Shown in pieces: positions 56,394 through 64,000 of a DNA stretch of 64,000 bases. The notes beneath the pieces were generated by a model. The model did no database searches. It had not been told where the DNA came from and was given only the letters and a program-made list of their open reading frames with translations. The stretch spans positions 640,001-704,000 of the forward strand of contig OZ242260.1 in assembly GCA_965207065.1 (NCBI GenBank), given 5' to 3'. The position numbers and the translations under genes were made by a program. The DNA comes from a bacterium (lineage in GTDB: Bacteria > UBA8248). Numbering within the stretch: position 1 is the first letter of the stretch; each line of letters begins with the position of its first letter.

Positions 56394-57908
56394 ATGAAGA
56401 GGCTATGGCTTTGGATGGTTGTTCTGTCGTTGCTGCTGCTCCCCGTGGGAGCGAAGGCGGCACCCAAGGGGAAGGTGGTGCTGGGGATGGCCGGCGCTTT
56501 GACCACGTTCGATCCGCACACTTTCAGTTCCCTGCCGATTTCGATGCATCACCCGAACGTCTTCGAGACGCTGCTCGCACGCGCTCCCGATGGCTCCATG
56601 ACGAACCAGCTCGCCGAGAGCTACAAGATGGTGAGCCCCAAGGTGTGGGAGTTCAAAATCAGGAAGGGCGTGAAGTTCAGCAACGGGGACCCCGTGAACG
56701 CAGAGGCCGTGAAGTTCAGCTTCGAGCGGATTCTCGACCCCAAGATGAAATCGAGGCAGTACCGCTACTTTAAGAGCATGGCGAAATTAGAGGTGGTGGA
56801 TGAGCACACGGTCCGGATTCACACGAAAAAGCCCGACCCCATGCTCCCGCCGTTCCTGGCGATCTACGGCTTCATCGTGCCGCCGAAGTATTATATGAAA
56901 CACGACAAGAAACATCTCTCCCGCAATCCCGTGGGCAGCGGGCCCTTCGTGATGAAGAAATGGCGCAAGGGACAGGAAGTCGTCTATGAGGCGAACCCCA
57001 ACGCCTGGAGAAAGCCCAGGGTGAAGACGGCGGTGGTCAAGTTCATCCCCGAGTCCACCACGCGCGTATCCGCGCTCATCTCCGGCGACGTGGACGTCAT
57101 CGACAACCTGCCCCCGGCCTTGAGCGACCGCGTCCGGGCGGGCGGCAAAACGGACGTCATCGCCAAACAGTCGCCGCGTACGAACTACATCCTGATGGTG
57201 ATCAAAGAAGGCGCGCCCTGGATGGACGTCCGGGTCCGCAGGGCCATGAACCTCGCCATCAACCGCGAGGCCATCACCAAGAACGTGATGATGGGCTTCG
57301 CCAAGTCGGTGGCGATCATTCAGGGTCCCGCGAGCTTCGGCTTCAACCCCGAACTCAAACCCTATCCCTACGACCCCGCCCAGGCGAAGAAGCTGCTCGC
57401 CGAGGCCGGATTCGCGAAAGGGTTTTCCTTCGACGTGTACATCCCCCGCGGACGCTTCATGATGGGTAAAGAGGCGCTCGAGGGCATCGCCGGCCAGTGG
57501 GGGAAAGTCGGCCTCAAGGCGAACGTCCGCGTGATGGAATGGGGCGCGATGAAGAAGATCATCTTCAGCAAGTACAAGAAAAACGTTAAGCCGTTCCTGT
57601 ACTATCTCGCGCGCATGAACACGGCCTTCAGCGCGGAGCACATGTTCGCCGGCGCCATCAGCAGCCGTTCGGCCTACGGCGGATTCCGCGACAAGGCCGT
57701 GGACGGGATGATCAACGAAGCGCGCTCCACGCTGGACAACAAGGCGCGGGAGAAGAAATACCAGGAAATCGCCCGCGTTCTGCGCCACGAGAAAGTGCCG
57801 ATCGTTCCGCTGTATCAGACTTTCCGCATCTTCGGCGCGAACAAGAAGATAGACTGGAAGCCGCGCGCCGACGGTAAACTGATAGCCGCCGAGGTCGGCC
57901 TCAAGTAG
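56394..57908 (+). CDS. Dpp/Opp-type ABC substrate-binding protein (family 5)
   Basis: FDP, LAES, GVKFSNG, PVGSGPF, VRRAMNLAINRE, YDPAQAKKLLAEAG. Confidence 0.92.
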   Translation: MKRLWLWMVVLSLLLLPVGAKAAPKGKVVLGMAGALTTFDPHTFSSLPISMHHPNVFETLLARAPDGSMTNQLAESYKMVSPKVWEFKIRKGVKFSNGDPVNAEAVKFSFERILDPKMKSRQYRYFKSMAKLEVVDEHTVRIHTKKPDPMLPPFLAIYGFIVPPKYYMKHDKKHLSRNPVGSGPFVMKKWRKGQEVVYEANPNAWRKPRVKTAVVKFIPESTTRVSALISGDVDVIDNLPPALSDRVRAGGKTDVIAKQSPRTNYILMVIKEGAPWMDVRVRRAMNLAINREAITKNVMMGFAKSVAIIQGPASFGFNPELKPYPYDPAQAKKLLAEAGFAKGFSFDVYIPRGRFMMGKEALEGIAGQWGKVGLKANVRVMEWGAMKKIIFSKYKKNVKPFLYYLARMNTAFSAEHMFAGAISSRSAYGGFRDKAVDGMINEARSTLDNKAREKKYQEIARVLRHEKVPIVPLYQTFRIFGANKKIDWKPRADGKLIAAEVGLK

Positions 57909-57933
57909 TTTTGATACTTTATTTCGAGGGACA

Positions 57934-57972
57934 CTCCGGCCAGGGCGCGAATCAATCCTGCCCTGGCCGGAG
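57934..57972 (+). terminator. GC-rich hairpin after the SBP gene (attenuator or mRNA stabiliser)
   Basis: 13-bp perfect IR ctccggccagggc/gccctggccggag; no strong U-tract. Confidence 0.5.
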
Positions 57973-58079
57973 GCTTTCGCGAAACGCCTATGCCTAGTGA
58001 TTTTCTACGGGCGCAATCCTCTCGTTAAGCGGAGAAGGTTTCCCTCGAATCAGGTGGTTCCATATCGCTGGGTGGTTCT

Positions 58080-58997
58080 ATGGCTGGATATGTCTTCAAG
58101 CGCTTGATTCAGGCGGTAGTCCTCCTCAAGTGCGTCATGATCATCGTGTTTCTCCTGCTTCACATGACGGGCGACCCCGTCCTGGTGATGCTCGATACCG
58201 ATGCGACTCACGAAGACATCGAGTACTTGAGAAAACTCATGGGGCTCGACCAGCCGCTCCACGTGCAGTACTGGCGTTTCCTGAAAAACGCGCTGCAGGG
58301 GAATTTCGGGGAATCCACCGAACACGGCGAATCGGCCATGGGCCTCGTTCTGGAGCATTTCCCGGCAACGATCGAGATGGCGGTCGGGGCATTCGTTTTC
58401 GCCGTCGTCATCGGAATTCCATTCGGCTGCCTGGCGGCTTTCAAAGAAGGCTCATCCTACGACAAGGGCTGCGTAGGCATCACGGTGCTGATGCAGGCGG
58501 TTCCCGATTTCTGGCTGGCGATCATGTTCATCATGTTCTTCTCGGTGACGCTGGGGCTTCTGCCCTCTTTCGGCCGCGGCGGCTGGGAGCACTTCATCAT
58601 GCCGGCTTTCGCCGCCTCCACGTATCATCTCGCCCGGCTCGCGAGGCTCATGCGCTCCCAGATGCTCGAGGTGCTGCGCCAGGACTACATTACGACGGCG
58701 CGGGCGAAGGGGCTTAGCGAAAAAATCGTGCTCATGGTTCACGCGTTAAAGAACTCCTCGATTCCCATCGTGACCGTCATGGGGCTGGATTTGGGGATTC
58801 TGCTCGGCGGAACCGTTATTATCGAGGTCGTTTTCGCATGGCCGGGGGTCGGGCGACTGGTGGTCGATTCGATCGCGAACCGTGATTTCCCGATCGTCCA
58901 GGCCGCCGTGTTTCTTCTGGCGTCGGGGTTCGTGATCATCAACCTGACGGTGGACCTCGTCTACGCCTATCTCGACCCAAGGATTTCATACGAATGA
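58080..58997 (+). CDS. DppB-like ABC permease
   Basis: GDP, GLDQP..QY, DYITTARAKGL, EVVFAWPGVG, LDPRI. Confidence 0.92.
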   Translation: MAGYVFKRLIQAVVLLKCVMIIVFLLLHMTGDPVLVMLDTDATHEDIEYLRKLMGLDQPLHVQYWRFLKNALQGNFGESTEHGESAMGLVLEHFPATIEMAVGAFVFAVVIGIPFGCLAAFKEGSSYDKGCVGITVLMQAVPDFWLAIMFIMFFSVTLGLLPSFGRGGWEHFIMPAFAASTYHLARLARLMRSQMLEVLRQDYITTARAKGLSEKIVLMVHALKNSSIPIVTVMGLDLGILLGGTVIIEVVFAWPGVGRLVVDSIANRDFPIVQAAVFLLASGFVIINLTVDLVYAYLDPRISYE

Positions 58998-59899
58998 GAG
59001 AACAAGCGCTCACCTTTCAGGATTCCATGGAGATCGAGGAACTCCCCGATCGCCCGAGGATATGGGCGTCCCTGTGGAAGGACAAATCCGCGCTCCTGGG
59101 CTGCGTCATTCTCATAACAGTGGTGGTGATGGCCGTCTTCGCGCCGCTGCTCGCGCCCATGGACCCCCAGGCCCAACTCCTGGACAGGAACCTCAAACCG
59201 CCCATGTGGTCGGACGGCCAGCAAATCTATCTGCTCGGTACGGACCACCTGGGGCGGGATTTTCTGAGCCGTCTCATCTACGGCGCGCGCATTTCGCTGC
59301 TGGTGGGGTTTTTCGCCGTTTTGCTCACGGGATGCTTCGGGCTTTGCGTGGGACTGGTGGCTGGATATTTCGGCGGAAAAGTGGATTTTCTGCTCATGCG
59401 GCTCGTGGACCTGGTTCTCTCCTTTCCGTTCATACTGCTGGCCCTGGCGACCATCGCCATCGTGGGGCCGAGCCTGGTCGTCCTGATACTCGTGATGTCG
59501 ATGCGCATCTGGGTCATCTACGCCCGCGTCGTGCGCGGCGAGGTGCTCACGCTGCGCGAGCAGGAGTTCGTCCAGGCAGCGCGGAGCATCGGCGGGAGTC
59601 ATTTCCGGATCATCGTCCGCCACATTCTCCCGAACGTGCTGGCGCCCGTCATCATCATCGCGTCCCTATATCTGGGGCGGATGATCATCATCGAGGCGGG
59701 CCTGAGCTTCCTGGGGCTCGGCGTGCCGCCGCCCACACCCACATGGGGCGGTCTGCTGAGCGACGGGAAGGTGCACCTCTACACATCCTGGTGGGTCGTC
59801 ACCCTGCCCGGTCTGGCGATTACGGTGACGGTGCTGGGTGCGAACCTTGTGGGGGATTGGCTGAGAAACGTGCTGGACCCGCGTTTGAAATCGTTATGA
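58994..59899 (+). CDS. DppC-like ABC permease
   Basis: LGTDHLGRD, EFVQAARSIG, RHILPN, LSFLGLG, LDPR. Confidence 0.92.
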   Translation: MREQALTFQDSMEIEELPDRPRIWASLWKDKSALLGCVILITVVVMAVFAPLLAPMDPQAQLLDRNLKPPMWSDGQQIYLLGTDHLGRDFLSRLIYGARISLLVGFFAVLLTGCFGLCVGLVAGYFGGKVDFLLMRLVDLVLSFPFILLALATIAIVGPSLVVLILVMSMRIWVIYARVVRGEVLTLREQEFVQAARSIGGSHFRIIVRHILPNVLAPVIIIASLYLGRMIIIEAGLSFLGLGVPPPTPTWGGLLSDGKVHLYTSWWVVTLPGLAITVTVLGANLVGDWLRNVLDPRLKSL

Positions 59900-59927
59900 G
59901 TCGTTACGGAATGAGGAGAAATACCAG

Positions 59928-60959
59928 ATGAGCGATCCATTGAGGGTAGCCGTGGTCGGGCTGGGCCGCTGGGGCAACACACTGGCGTCCTACATCGAAA
60001 GAACGCCCGGGATGAAAATCACCACGTGCTTCACCAGGACGCCCGAAAAACGAAAGGCGTTCAGCGAAAAATTCTCATGCGGTGAAGAGGAGAGCTACGA
60101 GGCGGTTGTCCGCCACCCCGATGTGGACGCCGTGGTTATCGCGGCGCCCAACAACAAGCACGCCGAACTTGCGATGGCGGCGGCCGAGCAGGGGAAACAC
60201 ATACTCGTCGACAAGCCGATCGCCGCCTCCATCGCGGATGCCAAAAAGATGATCCGCGCTTGTGAGGATGCCGGCGTCACCCTGGCGGTCGGCGCGAGCT
60301 CTAGATGGCTCAGAGGCCACCGCCTCTTCAAGCAAATGCTCGATGAGGGAACCATCGGCACCCTCGCGATGGCCGAGACCAACTACTCGAACGACCGGGG
60401 GCTCCACTACACGCCGGACAACTGGCAATGGTATGCGGAAGGCTCCCCGGGCGGCCCGCTGCTCCAGGTGGCCATCCACCAGGTGGACAACCTCCTGTAC
60501 CTCTACGGGCCGATAAAGCGCGCGTCGGCGGCGTTCAGCAAAATAAAGACAAAATCGGAAATCCCCGACGTGAGCGTCGTGTGGTTCGAGTTCGAGTCCG
60601 GCCTGCTCGGCACCCTGGGGACGAGCTTCATCAGCCCGCGCACGCCGAACGGGCGATACACCTATTTCATGAACGCCTACGGGGATGAGGCGAACCTCTA
60701 CCACGACAGGTGGGAGGGCATCAAAATCCTCAAAAAAGACGGGGAGAAACGTGAGGAAATCCCGTATGAGGAATACCCCAGACAGGATTACCTGATAGAG
60801 GAATTCAAGGATTTCGCAGGCGCCGTCCGGGAAAAGCGTCCACCCGAGGTGGGCGGAGCGGAAGGACTCCACGTTCTCGGCGCCGTGTGGGCGGCCATGC
60901 GCTCATGGGAGCGCGGCGAACCCGTGGAAGTGGCGGAGATACTCGAAGAAGACGACTAG
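59928..60959 (+). CDS. Gfo/Idh/MocA family oxidoreductase
   Basis: GLGRWG, GKHILVDKP, GGPLLQVAIHQVD. Confidence 0.88.
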   Translation: MSDPLRVAVVGLGRWGNTLASYIERTPGMKITTCFTRTPEKRKAFSEKFSCGEEESYEAVVRHPDVDAVVIAAPNNKHAELAMAAAEQGKHILVDKPIAASIADAKKMIRACEDAGVTLAVGASSRWLRGHRLFKQMLDEGTIGTLAMAETNYSNDRGLHYTPDNWQWYAEGSPGGPLLQVAIHQVDNLLYLYGPIKRASAAFSKIKTKSEIPDVSVVWFEFESGLLGTLGTSFISPRTPNGRYTYFMNAYGDEANLYHDRWEGIKILKKDGEKREEIPYEEYPRQDYLIEEFKDFAGAVREKRPPEVGGAEGLHVLGAVWAAMRSWERGEPVEVAEILEEDD

Positions 60960-61013
60960 ACACAAATGGCTCCGGCGGGGTAGACCCGCCCATCACTGGA
61001 AGGAAGGAGACCC

Positions 61014-62291
61014 ATGTTCGACTACCGAATGACCGATGAACAACAAGAATATCAAAGAATTGCGCATGAATTCGCGCGGGATGAAATCCGGCCCATCAGC
61101 CTGGAACTGGACCATCAGCAGGACCCGCTCAATTGCGCCTACATGCCCCATCTTCTCGAAAAACTCGACAAGACGGGCCTCAGAACGATGAGCATCCCCA
61201 AGGAATACGGCGGCGGCGGCGTGGAAGACCTGCTCACCCACTGCATCGTGGGCGAGGAGATTTCCTGGGGCGACAGGGGCGCCACGGGGTTCATGCTGTC
61301 TTCCACGAAGATATCCCACATCCTTGCGAGCGAGCTTCTGGGAGACGCGGAACTGGCGGACTACTGGATGCGCGAGTACGTAAGCGACCCCACCTTCCTC
61401 ATCGGCACGGCGACGACCGAGCCCGCCTCGGGATCCGAGAACCAGATTCCCTACAACGGGGCGGACGGCGGATACCAGACCACCGCCGTGCTCGACGGCG
61501 ACAACTACATCGTGAACGGGAAGAAGCACTTCATCTCAAACGTCGGCTGGGCGCGGCTCATGTTCACGTTCGTGCGCACGAACCCCGACGTAGGCGTCGA
61601 ACAGGGGGCTTCCCTCCTCATGGTGCCGATGGACGCACCCGGCGTGAAGATGGGCAAGGTGCACAACAAGATGGGCTACCGCCTGAACCAGAACGCCGAG
61701 ATCATCTTCGATAACGCGATAGTCCCCGCGAAATACCGCCTGGGACCCGAGAACTGCGGCGTCTCCTACATCAGGCGGCACCTGCGTGGCGACGCCCTCA
61801 TCAACGCGGCGGGCCAGATTGGCGTGGCGCGCGCGGCGTATGAGAAATCGCTCGAATTCGCGCAAAACCGGCACCAGAGCGGGCGCCCCATCGCGCATCA
61901 CCAATCCGTCGGCATCAAGCTCGTCGACATGTATACGAAAATCCAGGCGGCGCGCGCCTACGTGCACTACGCGGCATGGCGTCAGGACATGCGTCACGAG
62001 ATTCCCATCGACCCGCCCATGACGCTCACCGCCAGCGCGTTCGCGCACGAGATCTCCTGCGACGTCACCAAGATGGCGATGGAGATACACGCGGGCGTGG
62101 GCGTGCAGCGCGAGAATTTCCTGGAGAAATGGTTCCGCGATACGCACAACATGCTCTTCTCGAGCGACGGCGGAAACAACATGAAGAAGGTGCGGGCGAT
62201 GTACGCCATCACCGGCCAGTGGGGCGCGCGAAACGACGATGAGAATCCCGTGCCCGGCGGCGCATACGTCGCCGTCGGTGACGGCCTCTAG
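61014..62291 (+). CDS. acyl-CoA dehydrogenase family protein
   Basis: IPKEYGGGG, TEPASGS, NGKKHFISN, KMG, R.Q.GRPI..HQ, EKWFRD. Confidence 0.9.
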   Translation: MFDYRMTDEQQEYQRIAHEFARDEIRPISLELDHQQDPLNCAYMPHLLEKLDKTGLRTMSIPKEYGGGGVEDLLTHCIVGEEISWGDRGATGFMLSSTKISHILASELLGDAELADYWMREYVSDPTFLIGTATTEPASGSENQIPYNGADGGYQTTAVLDGDNYIVNGKKHFISNVGWARLMFTFVRTNPDVGVEQGASLLMVPMDAPGVKMGKVHNKMGYRLNQNAEIIFDNAIVPAKYRLGPENCGVSYIRRHLRGDALINAAGQIGVARAAYEKSLEFAQNRHQSGRPIAHHQSVGIKLVDMYTKIQAARAYVHYAAWRQDMRHEIPIDPPMTLTASAFAHEISCDVTKMAMEIHAGVGVQRENFLEKWFRDTHNMLFSSDGGNNMKKVRAMYAITGQWGARNDDENPVPGGAYVAVGDGL

Positions 62292-62326
62292 GCTCTGAAC
62301 CCATCACCAACAAGGGAGGAAACAGG

Positions 62327-62710
62327 GTGGCCTCACGAACCCATCACGTGCACCACGTCGCCAAGGATCCCCAGGCGGCGGCGGATTTCTACATCAACCA
62401 CTTCGGCGGCGAGCTTTACACGCCCGAGATTGAATACCGGGGTTCTCCCTACATCAGCGTGATGCTCGGGGAGGTGGAAATCCGCATCCGCGGCCTGAGA
62501 GCCGATGAGGACGATTCCATGGCGAAGGTGGGCCGCGGACTCCACCACTTCGGAATCCAGGTGGACGGCATCGACGAAGTGGCCGAACGCCTGGAGAAAG
62601 CGGGCGTCGTCTTCACGAAAAAACCGGGAGACGGCGTTCTGGGTTCGAGGACGGCCTTCATCATCGCGCCCGATAACGTCGTGATCGAACTGGTGGAAGA
62701 ACCTGAATAA
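62327..62710 (+). CDS. VOC/glyoxalase family protein
   Basis: HHVH, FY, HHFGIQVD, APDNVVIELVE. Confidence 0.88.
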   Translation: MASRTHHVHHVAKDPQAAADFYINHFGGELYTPEIEYRGSPYISVMLGEVEIRIRGLRADEDDSMAKVGRGLHHFGIQVDGIDEVAERLEKAGVVFTKKPGDGVLGSRTAFIIAPDNVVIELVEEPE

Positions 62711-62800
62711 CGGTTCATTTTTCATGAAATACATACGGGGCGTCAGTCGCGGTTTACTATTCCAGCCGCGAGAGCATCCCTACAACAGGAGATGAAATTC

Positions 62801-64000
62801 ATGCCGGGATTCGCGCGGGGCCAATTCAACGTCGACTACGAGGAGCGCGTCGACGTGGGCGCGCTTCGCCAAAAGCGCGTGGACAAGGCGCAAAGGGCGA
62901 TGGCCGAAGCGGATATCGACGCCCTGTTCCTCTGGAAGGTGGAGAACGTGCGCTATCTCACGAGCATGAGGTCTTCTTTTCTGGCGCACCGCGAGGGAAC
63001 GAGAAACGCCGTCATCCTCCCGCGAGAGGGAAGAGCGCACGTCATGACCAACGGCGGGGAGATACCCCGCGTCTCGCGCGACATGCCCTGGATAGAGAAA
63101 TTTCATCACCTGGCTAAAATGGAGGAACAACCCCTCGTGGACAAGATGATCCGCGAGACGCTGCGACCCCTCTTCGAAGAGCTGGGCCTCATCGGCAAGC
63201 GGGTGGGCCTGGATCTCATGACGTTCATTCAGTTCAGCGCCTACCAGAAGCATCTGGACGACGTGGAGTTCGTGAACGGCGATTCGTTCATGCACAAGGT
63301 GCGCAGGCACAAGATGCCCGAGGAGGTCTACATGATCCGCGAGGCCTGCGCGATAGCCGACGCCGTCAATGAGGAGGCGATGGACAGCGTACGGGCCGGA
63401 AAACGCGAGTGCGACGTGGCCGCCGACGCCATGAAGGTGCTCCACCACTACGGGGGCGAAATGGCGCACCTGGTCTCCCCCTTCGTGGCCTCGGGCGAGC
63501 ACATGTCGCCCCCCTACCGCTTCGCGAGCGACAAGATTATCCGCAGCGGCGACATGGTGTTCATCGACATCGGCGCGCAGTGGAACGGGTATTTCGGCGA
63601 CGTGGCCCGGACGATGATCTGCGGGAAACCCTCGAAGCGGCAAAAGGAAATCTACACCGCCGTACACGAATCCCTGCAGTTGGGACTCGAACGCACCCGC
63701 CCCGGCTTCACGAACAAGCAGGTGGCCGAGCGAATCTGGGAGACGGGCGAGAAATACGGCTTGCGGAAGAACTGGTTCTCGCTCAGCATCGGCCACGCGC
63801 TGGGCACCTCGCCCAACGAGCCTCCCTACATCGGAGAACCGGACCCTGATTCCGAGGAAGTCGACCTGGAACCGGGCATGGTGTTCGCCATCGAGCCGCT
63901 CATCTGGGTGCCCGACGTGCCCGGAGGCGGCGGCGTACGCATCGAGGAGACGGTGCTCATCACCGAAGAGGGAAACGAGGTGCTGACGCGCTCGCGCATG
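62801..64000 (+). CDS. Xaa-Pro peptidase (M24) family protein, 3' end beyond window
   Basis: Not in the ORF track. Manual translation MPGFARGQFNVDYEERVD..NVRYLT..FIDIG..GYFGDVART..GHALG..FAIEP..GVRIEETVLIT. Confidence 0.85.
   Translation, partial: MPGFARGQFNVDYEERVDVGALRQKRVDKAQRAMAEADIDALFLWKVENVRYLTSMRSSFLAHREGTRNAVILPREGRAHVMTNGGEIPRVSRDMPWIEKFHHLAKMEEQPLVDKMIRETLRPLFEELGLIGKRVGLDLMTFIQFSAYQKHLDDVEFVNGDSFMHKVRRHKMPEEVYMIREACAIADAVNEEAMDSVRAGKRECDVAADAMKVLHHYGGEMAHLVSPFVASGEHMSPPYRFASDKIIRSGDMVFIDIGAQWNGYFGDVARTMICGKPSKRQKEIYTAVHESLQLGLERTRPGFTNKQVAERIWETGEKYGLRKNWFSLSIGHALGTSPNEPPYIGEPDPDSEEVDLEPGMVFAIEPLIWVPDVPGGGGVRIEETVLITEEGNEVLTRSRM

Noticed and set aside
50575-64000. Active integrative element at selC
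   Set aside because: No integrase and no duplicated tRNA 3' end seen in the window.

Overview
High-GC bacterial chromosomal segment, almost entirely catabolic and transport genes. It holds two tripartite tricarboxylate (TctABC) systems, two TAXI-TRAP systems, a Liv-type ABC and a Dpp-type ABC. The enzymes between them are oxidoreductases, hydrolases, three CapA-family metallophosphoesterase-fold proteins and two M24 peptidase-fold proteins, with IclR and GntR regulators. The window also has a partial addB-like gene at the left edge and a tRNA-Sec (selC). There is a recurring sulfur theme: ComA-like phosphosulfolactate synthase, two sulfotransferases, ATP sulfurylase and a DUF523 protein. The most striking signal is that both sulfotransferases have Asp where the 3'-phosphate-binding Ser normally sits, and one is directly upstream of a Sat with no APS-kinase domain. 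This suggests a possible APS-linked (PAPS-independent, perhaps reverse-running) sulfuryl-transfer pathway. Non-coding signals include three 47-bp palindromes before a DUF4143 ATPase, a composite MITE with a shorter sibling, GTAG-type REPs and a candidate structured RNA upstream of comA. No CRISPR array, integrase or transposase was seen. All product calls come from motif recognition by eye, not database searches.
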